From positions 1-45,900 of the forward strand of contig JANMIV010000180.1 of assembly GCA_031375995.1 (NCBI GenBank): a stretch of DNA of 45,900 nucleotides. Direction: 5' to 3'. Positions 22,601-26,696 of the stretch are shown in pieces; positions within the stretch are counted from its first letter, which is position 1, and each line of letters opens with the position of its first letter. The position numbers were made by a program, and so were the translations under genes. The stretch comes from Bacteroidota bacterium (GTDB lineage Bacteria; Bacteroidota; Bacteroidia; UKL13-3). The notes below the pieces were generated by a model that was not told the DNA's origin, ran no database searches, and saw only the letters and a program-made list of their open reading frames with translations.

Positions 22601-22818
22601 AAAATGATGTGTTCACGATAAAAGCAATTGAGTTTTACCCAGACAATACATTGACGATTTACAACCGTTGGGGCAATGAAGTTTATCATATCGAAGGATA
22701 CAAAAACTCATGGAGAGGCACTTATGACGGTAAAGATTTACCAGATGGCACTTATTTCTATCGTTTAGAAATCAAAGGGCAAGAGCCAAGAAATGGGTTT
22801 GTAGAAATTAAAAGATAA
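4642..22818 (+). CDS. Giant (6058 aa) cell-surface repeat protein/adhesin, SprB-repeat-like, with a T9SS type-B (gliding-motility-associated) C-terminal domain
   Basis: Signal peptide: MKKLLQSLCWWSLMLMLSFAANA|QVQ. Five N-modules occupy nt 4711-7150. Ig-like modules 'TICQGQSTQLNVTG...TTYYVTATTASGC' lie at about 7150-7389 and 18200-18440. There are 39 + 3 + 1 units of ~78 aa with the pattern 'C..NG.I.I.A.G....EYSI(D/N).G..WQ.SN.F..L.AG.Y...VRN.NG.C', plus one canonical SprB-type unit (CAGKDGKAKI..YTYKW...GTYSVTATDANGC). Two DUF11-like modules (DLALRKTL.., DLALSKKL..) occur with SdrD-B/CnaB-like modules. Two HYR-like modules span nt 20959-21480. The C-terminus 'YNGFSPNGDGQNDVFTI...IYNRWGNEVY...DGTYFYRLEI' (nt ~22561-22815) matches the TIGR04131/CHU_C pattern. 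Confidence 0.95.
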   Translation: MKKLLQSLCWWSLMLMLSFAANAQVQYKIQYNTSSQRYEVFMKPLVSYSGAQAYTGSAQVTLVVPTGNFTPTGLQSQFGAWNLDNAIARHPIENPNFDYISFYMPATVTGINYVNGVEMPLFTFTNSGSCIGGINLINNATDPFFPSPITGTNSKNINVGNQISIFGYQNNLLANAWQSNYGAAAPCSTSPSCAIQYQIVKTGATYQVNMIPNVTYTTVGNITATQQVTLKVPTGLVYTNLVSLTSGANYTQGSRINAPSQALGSDYILFNLGNLGTSALTYTNGTSVPLFKFDVAGNCSGDIAFMPNNDPFTSNTSYNSKQQITVFGYGQPDAPICFSGSGSVPCTNAPPASCGLEYEIERLSNGKFQVSMTPKVTYTAPNNTTSTQQITLKVPTGFQYTGLTSINAGANYVQGSRINAPSQAPGFDYILFNLSNLGTTALTYTNGVKVPLFTFDKSGVCNNEVIALMPNTDPFTTNTSFNSKQQCTVLGYGQPDIPICLKGTGSVTCTPPAASCGTEYEIERLPNGKFQVSMTPKVTYTAPNNTTSTQQVTLKVPTGFQYTGLTSINAGANYVQGSRVNAPSQAPGFDYILFNLSNLGTTALTYTNGVKVPLFTFDKSGVFNNEVIALMPNTDPFTTNTSFNSKQQLTVLGYGQPDIPICLKGTGSVTCTPPAANACQIKYELETVNGCAYQVSMTPNITWTTSGNITKAAKVTLRVPHGCFTVADLTSFNFGASFIVANTALAPSDNPAYDYICFTMTTVPTVGIPYIQGQKVPLFTFKNGGTCCGNIELMPATDPFANGNTLNQNFDQHWETSGTGSAGVEPCIIGNPQPCIAPTGSTILGTDKTICQGQSTQLNVTGTFVAYNWSGAGLSATNVSNPTATPTATTTYYVTATTASGCAIKDDIIVTVTPLPIFTSVTPSASTSCVSSNGSITIAASGTGTLEYSIDNGISWQLSNVFLGLSAGSYTTKIRRQGTTCEVANPSNPVVITTSGAPTIVSVTGSNLSSCTINNGQISIVASGSGGPFRYSIDNGATYQTSPFFASLSVGTYAIKVTDASGTCASTASTVNLTAPSTPTIVSVIPSNTTDCNLNNGSILINATNATAAMEYSLDGFNWQTSNVFNGLAAASYLVRVRTANTSCAVTAAAPIAVNMPAMPTVQTVTTVTPSTCALANGSINIAASGGNGNFEYSINNGATWQSSPNFANLASGTYFVAVRTSGTACSKPFAGNPVVLNMTQAPAITALAKINTSNCGVNDGQIVITAAGNGTLEYSVNNGTTFQASNTFSALAAGTYNIMVRTTNNTACTSVVPNCVIPTLTQPSVNNFSVTPTSDCAQNNGTISINASGGVAPLQYSINGTTWQSSNVFVGVAAGSYTLRVRNANGSCANTGNTQAVISAPASPSITSATATGATCGQTNGSITIIANSPSGVSGLQYSINNIAWQTSNIFTNVAAGTYTAYVRNASATCTATSTSTVTVLQTAGANITAVSITNSNTCASPNGIISITANGGITPLSYSIDGGINFQTSNTFNNVAAGMYEIVVRNASGTCPAVLSPITVTAPTAPSIVTTISTNPLGCNQGNGSIQILANALPLGLGGLLEYSLDGSIWQTSNLFNNLTGGSYTALARNSGNTTCTTSANAPVVLTPNATAPTISNISKTNPSSCGASNGTITVLASGTGGLEYSIDNIHWQNANLFSNLAAGSYNVFVRNANGTCPVAYSLNPVVLNVSGGLSITNVNGTNPSNCGTNDGSIAISATGSGAPYRYSINGGGSFQNSSVFTGLAAGVYNIVVTMSNGDCPTTAPVLTLTAPSAPTLVSSASTNPTSCVNNDGTITINAIGGTAPYEYSLDGNIWQNSNVFVGLAAGSYTTRVRNANASCVVSSSNAIILIAPASPTISSFSKTDPSSCSTANGSITIITSASNVEFSINNTTWQASNIFSGLSGGSYTAYIRNNNGTCKTTYNTPIVLNAGGAHSIANVSVTNPSDCAKNDGQISITVNGAGGPFRYSINNGTTFQSSPMFSGLAAGSYSIVVTDASGVCSASSPSVVITAPSAPSILSVTPTPTSDCSLSDGEINVTATFVAPSTAGQYSIDGINWQTSNNFTNVASGAYLVRVRNANGSCTVVGNTPIIVTTPAQATITNVSSTAPATCGQNTGTITVSATGGAGQLEYSIDQTNWGTNTVFTGLASGTYYVFVRNQDNSCSKPYGGNPVVINATGAPQITNVTKTVPTNCNVNDGKIIITTSASSSVLEYSINNGANYQASNTFNGLASGTYNITVRIVGGNTTCTSSVPNCVIPTLTQPNISNVIASNPSDCALNNGTITIVANGGVAPLQYSINGSQWQSSNVFSNVAAGSYSVKVRNSNGSCEYTNTAATVLVQPSAPSNVTATTTPATCGQTNGSVTVSATASSGAEYSINGIQWQTATLFSNVAAGTYTVFARNTNGTCQTQGVSTATVSQTGGSNISNVTVTNSVTCGSNSGQIVINANGGTAPLQYSINGGQTYQASNIFNNLAAGTYNIVASNSNGTCSAVLSPITLIAPTTPNLVAAITSNPTACNLNDGTLTVLATGNGGLEYSTNGTSWQTSNVFTGLAAGSYIVRVRAAGSATCVTSASTPSVLVAPTAPSITNVNSTNPSSCGGTNGSITVTASPSQNVQYSLNGIVWQNTGIFSGLGAGSYTVQIRNANGTCLVTNPSQVVLNATGGPQIATTLVVNSDDCNILNNGKITVLANGGVGQLQYKISSANAYQISNIFTNLAAGNYSITVTDASGLCQTTTTATLTGPTAPQTPVASATPVTNCAMQNGTITVSAPIGVNYEYSINNGLSWQTATTFTNVAAGNYIVTVRTRNTNCKSESTVINVGSPAVPTFGTVDVNFGISGCSITNGTIVVNTSNTGNWEYSIDNGLTWQASKTFSNVAQGSYNVMVRSVGTPIACAVAYVGNPIALTAPKAPTVLAILTEQATVCNGTDGKITITATANSTLEYSINNGTSYQASNVFANLSAGTYTILVRDAASCTSSGGQVVISGSTTPTAIAVATAQMSDCNKNDATITVTNVIGGTAPYEYSLNGTTWQTSSTFTSVAAGNYTVRVRNVGSNCVFTNSTSTAINTLNAPTINNITPTSATCGQNNGQIVASGSVGALFSIDGINYQNTGTFANLASGTYTVFIQNANNTCTTAAATPIVLSSVSAPTISSVTTTNPTECNLTNGTITINATFPSGAAGASYSIDGGLNFQGSNVFNNIAAGTYPIVVKGSGASAACPVTYSPVKITAPSAPRIVVVVSTNPTSCVNDGKISVIANDGTAPLQYSLDGITWQDSKDFTGLAAGSYTVRVRNLNTSCVKTANNATVLVAPNGISISNVAKTDPTTCIASNGTITITAGVGGAQYSIDNIHWQTANVFNNLPAGAYTAYIRNADGTCETPYSANPIVLNGTGAPVITAVQKTDVTDCNLANGSITIQIAGSVAQFKYSIDNGATYQLSQYFSGLTAGTYNIKVTDLAGNCPAVIPNMVVSSPIAANITAVNAVPTSNCGVNNGSISITATFSSGNGGLYSIDNGANWTSSNVFNNLAAGSYIIKVKNADGKCEQIYPTAVEVKEPTKPTFVSVTQVDPLACGLNTGSITVAATGGTGTFEYSINGTTWQASGSFTNLTAGAYTVAVRNAGSNCPVQYAGLVNIAAPPAPSIISVLSKNPTTCSGNNGEIKITATSATSGNGLEYSINGSNYQSSNTFTGLSTGTYNILVRNVGGTCPVTYPAVSITAPVAPIINATIPTAVSDCNGNDGKIIVGASSSSALGLEYSIDGTNWSASNFLMNLVAGTYTVRVRDLGTTCIATSAPVTVLQPNNLTVINNVAKINPTGCGKNDGSITITATPNAGVMYTIDGINWTTNNTFNNLAAGSYTIKVRNANGTCPVSYSALTILTPGPISPQITNVTITNVSDCAANDGKLEITATFGATTGALNKYSIDGGVTFQSSNTFTGLAARYYDIVVRNNDGSCSTLFIPAEIKKPATPALVTAILTKPSDCSIPNAKITVLASGGISPLQYSIDNGATWTTNNVFGGLAPGYYYVKIRNANGTCTQTYGPNPVKSCEFDLALRKTLTNKADSVTRLGRDIDFTIKIFNQGAVAAKDIEVVDYLPKGTVLSPKDQNGWSMLPQVAGTTVNSNTIFDPSLPLKAKKIITQTIQPGDSAVVQIKLRIMFGGAFAKLTNVAEIAGAKDEAGVFRQDGDSTPDDTKGNDKEVDDAIDDKGIVDEDDEDPAPFKLDDYDPHGYIYCDKAGTLMKGGKIQLLTAPVGGAIYFATDNNGIPIDGRNGVYQFFTNGVPGNYNITYVNPNGYTLSTMVLPQAGSFNPAGTDNTAIDKDGIANNIVVLGSLEQADTLSNKAPVANPYYLSFTFNANETTIISHNNIPVSCACVTATVCADTNGDGAPTAGEPGINGVTVELYSCTTNALLQTAVTSNGGKYKFSGLLAGNYKLKFTLANGYSYATNASGQTVGIDNQGNTPCFVLDYAGCQERTACLKACPTITISPNVTICAGSSTVLAATGGNGTFSWSPAAGLNATSVASVTATPNATTVYTVTSTGAGCTSIASVTVTVVTPPASNFTINVNQPSTCTNANGSITVNATGTGLEYSINDGNTWQASNIFSGLASGSYAVKIRNAGSQCAVSYASNPVDLTPASAPNITNATAVNPTNCTTPNGSINITANGGSGALQYSINNGLSYQTSNLFTNLAAGTYQIKVKNGNGSCESSYPNVVLTNNIPVINAVNVVSDCANNNRSITILASGGVSPLEYSINGGTTWTTNNVFTGLAPGTYNVAVRNFNGTCVVNYTQNPITMCIYDLALSKKLAAGQSGLVRLGDIVNYEITVINQGGNPVKDVQVVDYLPQGMQLSPAGNNGWVQTSTDMVINTISSTIAAGQSVVLNMAVQLVYGSPNTSLKNVAEIKSMKDVNGNPVTDIDSTPDMIKGNDNEKDNVINENGKNNPSDDEDDSDFEDILLDNFDPSGYIYCEKTGKIITGGKLKLVSAPAGGDVFFSTDANGILLDGSTGMYQVFTNGVSGNYTFTYVHPNGYPLSTTCLPEAGSFNPKGKDGDAVYDKDGAVNGTIHLGSVANNGYIANKSCAANKYFLSFTLEKDEKVLIATNNLPVSCAIISGTIKDCKTQAGVSGMDVKIYDCNSTTGVAFAFGKTDANGNYIFDGLKTGKYKIQIVGASGQIIQGGKFDQSGTSACIDIKYGEMIMDLNACLSTCPTINNVLTVQPWCPKNNGVIIIDAVCQGDLEYSIDGGKTYQHLNAFMNLAPGSYTIKVKSSGCEQDYKSVIVLACENDNTGGKGSISGKTFKSCSDSGIKGANKGLANVKVTLTSSTGTTQNAITNATGLYNFTNVEAGAYSITFEKATGFDFAKQNQGNDDANDSDVDASGKTTINVAANQLLDNVDAGYKDVQAPVLTFIHPLLVGKKDGETVYMECGFEEVLKEMHATAKDNCDPNPSIKMEDGLAVVSKECSKDGFLVKMYCGWIATDECGNKSQTWLYIVVRDTQAPTLSGVPASTTIGEKDVVPAAANVTATDKCDTGVKAVFAETKNGNIITRTWTATDQCGNKTTATQVITIKKDNAGPCTISVTPVPVTYAASCAGKDGKAKITPSNYTYKWADGVIGDTRLDLDKGTYSVTATDANGCTAIFNVIIKDGCTFTGLAFAKKGEIRQVACGNPQNEYCLDFDFATFVTEYKLLENGQPYANKIQPCVMQSHGEYSLAGLINVPLSVQDWTVAGQKVIFSFANLDDLAAKMNQYDSNGGWKINALDEKIYNENFDKKRYGDLTIGNTNLGVKWIMQASSFSIPKGIKLMVSGMGKHEIVLAHKTKPYQDTMRIQFACTTPQTFNVILDEGDIEGVDIATTELVGIKCTMEQHEIDGLSNSAEFRGTLRGAASMVMVTGMHVGEKRTMYTMCDEYGICDTAEIRVLVREKIKEEEVVDKYIKVYNGFSPNGDGQNDVFTIKAIEFYPDNTLTIYNRWGNEVYHIEGYKNSWRGTYDGKDLPDGTYFYRLEIKGQEPRNGFVEIKR
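4711..7150 (+). repeat. Five tandem copies of the ~160-aa N-module, with copy starts near 4711, 5218, 5701, 6187 and 6676
   Basis: Each copy runs 'C..(Y/E)(Q/E)I......YQV.M.P.(V/I)T(Y/W)T...N.T...QVTL(K/R)VP.G......L.S......................DYI.F.......T....Y..G..VPLF.F...G.C...I.LMP..DPF......N...Q..V.GYG'. Copies 3 and 4 (5701-6186 and 6187-6672) are nearly identical at the DNA level. Confidence 0.85.
7390..16905 (+). repeat. Array of 39 consecutive ~78-aa (~234 nt) SprB-repeat-like units
   Basis: I counted the units one by one from the translation. Unit 1 is 'IFTSVTPSASTSCVSSNGSITIAASGTGTLEYSIDNGISWQ...' and unit 39 is '...SDCSIPNAKITVLASGGISPLQYSIDNGATWTTNNVFGGLAPGYYYVKIRNANGTCTQTYGPNPVKS'. 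Three more units lie at about 18433-19150 and one at about 20380-20610. Confidence 0.85.
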
Positions 22819-22861
22819 GGAACTTTGTAAGTTCTTTAAGAGCATCAATTTAGTCAAGATT

Positions 22862-22897
22862 AGGCAGTCATACAAATGTGTATGGCTGCCTTTTTTA
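22862..22897 (+). terminator. Rho-independent terminator of the 6058-aa gene
   Basis: The stem aggcagtcataca / tgtatggctgcct is 13 bp with one G.U, and the loop is aatg. A T run (ttttttatttt) follows directly, 44 nt after the stop codon. Confidence 0.8.
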
Positions 22898-22970
22898 TTT
22901 TAGCGAGGTATAAAAATAGAAATCACAATACTCTCAACAATAAACCTTACCTTACAGAAATATTGGTTTT

Positions 22971-23585
22971 ATGCCAATTTTTAAACCATTTCTGTTGCAA
23001 AATACCTTCGATAGTCTTATTGATAGCTTTTTAGAAAATAAAGTAGGCATCTCAGAAACATTTTTAAATGACCTTTTAGCCGCCCATCTCAAACAAAATT
23101 TACTAACCCTTTATGCTGACGAACAGATGCGTTCTGCTGGTATCGGAAACGATAATCTGCTTACGCACGACAAACTTTTGCGCAGTGATAAGATTTATTG
23201 GTTGGATAGAGCGCACGAGAATATCCACGAAAACTCCTTTTTTGACCTCATGGACGAGTTCGTCCTTTACCTCAACAGAACTTGTTTTACAGGCATTACA
23301 GGCTACGAATTTCACTACACTATGTACGAGAAAGGGAGTTTTTATAAAAAACATCTCGACCAATTTCGCAACAATAAAAGCCGTGCTTTTTCTATGATTA
23401 TGTACCTTAATTTGGATTGGAAAATCGGAGATGGCGGCGAGTTGTGTATTTATCAAGCGGAAATACCACAGTTAATTTCGCCTATGAATGGAAAGTGTGT
23501 ATTTTTTAAAAGCGACGAACTCGAACATGAAGTTTTACTTGCAAACAAAACTCGATTGAGCATTACAGGCTGGTTAAAATGTTGA
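22971..23585 (+). CDS. 2OG-Fe(II) oxygenase superfamily protein (prolyl 4-hydroxylase-like), cytoplasmic
   Basis: The HxD...H facial triad and 2OG-binding Arg are present in the expected order: 'YKKHLDQF' (H-L-D), 'SDELEHEVLL' (distal His) and 'RLSITGWLK' (Arg). 'FSMIMYLN..W....GGEL.IY' is typical of the P4Hc/2OG-FeII_Oxy_3 fold. There is no signal peptide. Confidence 0.75.
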   Translation: MPIFKPFLLQNTFDSLIDSFLENKVGISETFLNDLLAAHLKQNLLTLYADEQMRSAGIGNDNLLTHDKLLRSDKIYWLDRAHENIHENSFFDLMDEFVLYLNRTCFTGITGYEFHYTMYEKGSFYKKHLDQFRNNKSRAFSMIMYLNLDWKIGDGGELCIYQAEIPQLISPMNGKCVFFKSDELEHEVLLANKTRLSITGWLKC

Positions 23586-23696
23586 AAAAGCACGCTCTAT
23601 TTTAAGCATAAATTATATTTTTATTTATCCTAATAATTATAGTTATGTTAAATAGTGTTGAATATTTGACAATTAAAATTCGCTTCGCTCAAAAAA

Positions 23697-24545
23697 TCAA
23701 ATACCCAGTTTTCCAGTATTTGGCGGCAAAAAATTATCTCCACTTATTACTTTTTGCCCCGTTTTTTCCTCCAAAGCAAGACGAGCATTTTTAGCAATTG
23801 TGCCACCTTTTTGACCTGCTTGAGCATTTTCAATCATACCTTGTGCATTTTCTACTTCCGCAATCTGACGAGTAGAAAGCTCCGCTAAAGCCGTAAAAAT
23901 CAATTCCGCTTCGCTCATGTGATCCCGCAAATTTTGAGATTTCAATGCTTTTAGTTCTTTGTGTTTTTTGACAGAAAGACCAGTCCATTCTTGATGAATA
24001 ATATTAGTCAAAAAAGCAAATTCTTCTGATTTTTCTACGCCATTTTCTTTCCAATAATCCGTCAGTTTATTGCGGGTTTCTTGTCCTGTCATGCGCTGCT
24101 GAATCCATTTTTCGCCGCGCCCGAGCTTTTGCCAATTCTCTCTCGCACGGTCTAAACTTTGTGCAGGATCAGCGATTTCTTGTATGCGCTCATAACCTAC
24201 TTTCGCTAACCAAATCTTAAAAGGTTCTGCCTTTGGCGAAGGAATAGACTGTACCACACGCAAAATATCTTGTGCATTGCCACCTAAAATTTTGCGTTTT
24301 TTGCCTGTGGAAGTTTCCATTTCTACCTGGGGACAATTTGTCCCTACGTACTCCCCTAACGCTGCATCACGTTTGCGCAACTTTTTGAGATAGTCCGTTG
24401 GATTAACAGAATCCGTCAATGCGCCAACAATATCTACGATTGAAAAATACCAAATGTCGTTTTTTTCATCGTAACAACGTCTTATTTTTTTGTCCTCAAA
24501 AAGCGTAATACTTGTGTTCTCTTGCATAGTTTTGTTTTTACTCAA
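23697..24545 (-). CDS. Bro-N domain / DinD-like (phage antirepressor-like, DNA-damage-inducible protein D-like) protein
   Basis: The N-terminus 'ITLFEDKKIRRCYDEKNDIWYFSIVDIVGALTDS.NP..Y' fits the Bro-N pattern (F....IR.....g..WF...Di...L). The C-terminal part 'LKSQNLRDHMSEAELIFTALAELSTRQIAE...GGTIAKNARLALEEKTGQKVIS..NFLP' resembles E. coli DinD as I recall it (KILDHMGSTELAANLF...). It lies 45 nt downstream of rep on the same strand. Confidence 0.55.
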   Translation of the reverse strand: MSKNKTMQENTSITLFEDKKIRRCYDEKNDIWYFSIVDIVGALTDSVNPTDYLKKLRKRDAALGEYVGTNCPQVEMETSTGKKRKILGGNAQDILRVVQSIPSPKAEPFKIWLAKVGYERIQEIADPAQSLDRARENWQKLGRGEKWIQQRMTGQETRNKLTDYWKENGVEKSEEFAFLTNIIHQEWTGLSVKKHKELKALKSQNLRDHMSEAELIFTALAELSTRQIAEVENAQGMIENAQAGQKGGTIAKNARLALEEKTGQKVISGDNFLPPNTGKLGI

Positions 24546-24590
24546 ATATAATTTTCTTTAAAAGAAAAAATAATTAAAGTAATTTTATTT

Positions 24591-25997
24591 TTACCTCAAA
24601 AAAGTGTCATAGCGTATAAAAATTTCCTTGAAATCGTCCGCATACAATTCCATAATTGCCTCTTTTACAAAATCTCTCAGAATAGCGTCAGTTCTAAAAT
24701 GCTCAATTTCAGGCGTTTCGATTTTCATTGTTTTCAAACGAAACTTCCCTGCTTTGCTTTGCTTTACAAACGCAATTGCTCGCAAAGTGACATTGGGGTC
24801 AGCTGCCGTGAGTTCTCTTATTTTATCATTTATGGCTTGCACACGTTCTGATTTGAGAAGTTCTATTTGCGTAACTTGTTCTGCTTTTTTTAGCTGTGCT
24901 AATCTTTTTTCTTCCTTTTCATTCGTAAAACCTTGGCGCAATGCCTCTATAAAAAAACCTGCCAAATTCTTCACTTCGCCTGTTTTTTTCGCTTGCTCTG
25001 TAATCCGAATTGCTTTTAAAATAGCTTCTTCCGTTTTGTTTTCTAAAGATTTTAAAAATACAGAAGCCGACACACCAAAACTCGTCAGCACTATATTTTG
25101 ATACTTGTTAAAAAGATTATCTAATTCATTTTCATCACCTTCTATTTCTTCAAAAATCGGAAGCTCCTCTCCTACCCTATTTTCATTTTCTGAAAAATCG
25201 CTAAAAAGATTTACAGCAGTTTTTTTCTTCGGCAGTACAGTATCTTTATGCAATTTGCGAAGTTCTTCCTCTTCTTTTTTCTTGAAAAAAAACTGTAAAG
25301 CAACCACATTCCTGTCCTCTTTGATCTTCAAAATATCTATAATTTTGAGATCAGTATGCTCGTTTATTTCCTTTACGGCAGGTTGTATTATTTTTTGATA
25401 AAAATTAGAAAATCTTGGATATTGCGAGGTCAATTCAAACATTTTTTTCATCTCGTCAATCTTCAATGTCCGTTTTCCAATATTTTCATATTGTTTTAAA
25501 AGCTCATATATACGGATTGGATAAACACCAAGTTGTACCACATTTCGCAAATCATAAGCCGTAAAATTCTTTTGCAATTCCAACAAAAAAGGCTTCATTT
25601 CTTCTTCTACCACCACATCGATATACTCATGCTTCTCCCCTACTTTCAAATCTTTATCTTCTTTCAAATAATCTACCTTTCTGATGATGTGATATAAAAT
25701 TTCACGGGTCGCACCATCTTTTTCGTAAGCCACCGCCACCTTCCTATCCATGATACTTTTTGCAGCTTCACGCAACAAATCATAAGAGCTATTAGACTTC
25801 AAATCAAATGTTTTTATCACGTCTTTGAAGCGAATGCGATACACGTGCAATTCCTTGTCGTCTTTGTGTATCAGGCTCAAAATAGCAAGAAAAAAACGAG
25901 TTTCCCAAAGGTCAAACATATACCGAGCCTCTATCAAATCATTCGATTTTTTGATAAGGGTCATTCGATTTTTCTTGGTCGCTTTTATTTTTTTCAT
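24591..25997 (-). CDS. Plasmid replication initiator protein, Rep_3 (RepB/initiator replication protein) family, with a long K/E-rich C-terminal extension
   Basis: The N-terminal 'LIKKSNDLIEARYMFDLWETRFFLAILSLIHKDD' is the hallmark Rep_3 opening (KSN.LIEA.Y.L.L.E.R.....+S.I). The gene is directly adjacent to tandem 22-bp iterons. At 468 aa it is longer than I recall for typical Rep_3 proteins (around 300 aa). Confidence 0.85.
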   Translation of the reverse strand: MKKIKATKKNRMTLIKKSNDLIEARYMFDLWETRFFLAILSLIHKDDKELHVYRIRFKDVIKTFDLKSNSSYDLLREAAKSIMDRKVAVAYEKDGATREILYHIIRKVDYLKEDKDLKVGEKHEYIDVVVEEEMKPFLLELQKNFTAYDLRNVVQLGVYPIRIYELLKQYENIGKRTLKIDEMKKMFELTSQYPRFSNFYQKIIQPAVKEINEHTDLKIIDILKIKEDRNVVALQFFFKKKEEEELRKLHKDTVLPKKKTAVNLFSDFSENENRVGEELPIFEEIEGDENELDNLFNKYQNIVLTSFGVSASVFLKSLENKTEEAILKAIRITEQAKKTGEVKNLAGFFIEALRQGFTNEKEEKRLAQLKKAEQVTQIELLKSERVQAINDKIRELTAADPNVTLRAIAFVKQSKAGKFRLKTMKIETPEIEHFRTDAILRDFVKEAIMELYADDFKEIFIRYDTFLR

Positions 25998-26049
25998 CGA
26001 AAGATTAAGAAAGTTAGGGAGTAAAAGTTTTTAGGAATAAAAGTAAGCA

Positions 26050-26112
26050 CAAAACTAAGTATTTTTTTTGAAAAGCAACTGATTTAGGACAACTTTTTCC
26101 TAAATTAGTTGC
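26050..26112 (-). promoter_or_regulatory. Candidate rep promoter (Bacteroidota -33 TTG / -7 TAnnTTTG) overlapped by an inverted iteron pair (autoregulatory operator)
   Basis: The minus strand reads ...GTCCTAAATCAGTTGC-ttttcaaaaaaaatact-TAGTTTTG. The -7 box is plus-strand 26050-26057. The TTG is plus-strand 26076-26078, with an 18-nt spacer, and the rep ATG (25997) lies about 53 nt downstream. The inverted iteron 26075-26090 faces the direct iteron 26098-26112. Confidence 0.45.
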
Positions 26113-26547
26113 TTTTCATTTTTTATACGTTTTTGTCCTAAATTGGTTGCCCTATTTTCCCAAATTGGTTGCCTTTGAGTCCTAAATTGGTTGCCCTATT
26201 TTCCCAAATTGGTTGCCTTTGAGTCCCAAATTGGTTGCTTTTCGACTTGTAACTTACTGATTATCAATGTGTTACAAGGGCGTAAAAGATATTAAAAGAA
26301 TATTAAAAGAAAAGAAAACAACAACAAAAGGTTTTTTGCTGTTGTTTTTTTATTAAAAATTTGTCCTAAATTGGTTGCTTTTCGCTATTTTGAAGAGTTT
26401 CTGTGGCAAAAACGAAGCCATTTTTTAAGTTTTAAAAAAAATAAAAATAAGCTTTATTTTTATTTTTTCCAAAATACGCTCATAAATAACTGATTATCAA
26501 TATATTACGTGAAAAAAATGTATATTTTTTTGTCCCAAATTAGTTGC
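26075..26547. other. Origin-of-replication region: iterons plus dispersed iteron copies, an AT-rich stretch and a repeated 20-mer
   Basis: Additional iteron copies lie at 26075-26090 (inverted), 26098-26112, 26364-26378 and 26533-26547. A very AT-rich block at about 26380-26530 is a candidate unwinding element. ACTGATTATCAAT(G/A)T(G/A)TTAC occurs at 26256-26275 and 26489-26508. An imperfect hairpin plus T run lies at about 26316-26350. Confidence 0.75.
26136..26238. repeat. Five tandem 22-bp iterons (core of oriV)
   Basis: TCC(T/C)AAATTGGTTGC starts at 26136, 26158, 26180, 26202 and 26224, an exact 22-bp phasing. Segments 26136-26179 and 26180-26223 are an identical 44-bp doublet. Confidence 0.9.
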
Positions 26548-26696
26548 TTTTCATTTTTATCAAAACGAATAACTTAAATTTTGTCTTAAATTCGATTTGA
26601 TTTTAAAATCAGCGTTAGTAAAAATGGATTTTGCAGAACTTCGTTTAATGGCAAAATAAGATACACTAAGTTTTTTTAATAAGTATATAATTAAAT

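Noticed and set aside
23103-23456. ORFs 23103..23456 (-) and 23113..23397 (+), inside the oxygenase gene
   Set aside because: The 22971..23585 frame contains the ordered HxD...H...R catalytic motifs, and the alternative frames contain nothing recognisable.
24628-26034. Plus-strand ORFs 24628..25101, 25105..25398 and 25825..26034, antisense to the rep gene
   Set aside because: Their products are S/F/K-rich and low-complexity, typical of the antisense of a K/E-rich gene. The minus-strand frame carries the diagnostic Rep_3 motifs.
26136-26238. Regularly spaced short repeats that could be mistaken for a CRISPR array
   Set aside because: The period is only 22 bp, with about 7 bp between the 15-bp cores, so there is no room for spacers. 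The intervening bases themselves repeat as a 44-bp doublet. The array abuts a Rep_3 gene, so these are iterons.
26256-26275. DnaA-box reading of the repeated ACTGATTATCAATGTGTTAC / ...CAATATATTAC motif (second copy at 26489..26508)
   Set aside because: TTATCAATG matches the TTATCCACA consensus only in the first five positions. I keep it as an unexplained repeated 20-mer within the origin rather than calling a DnaA box.
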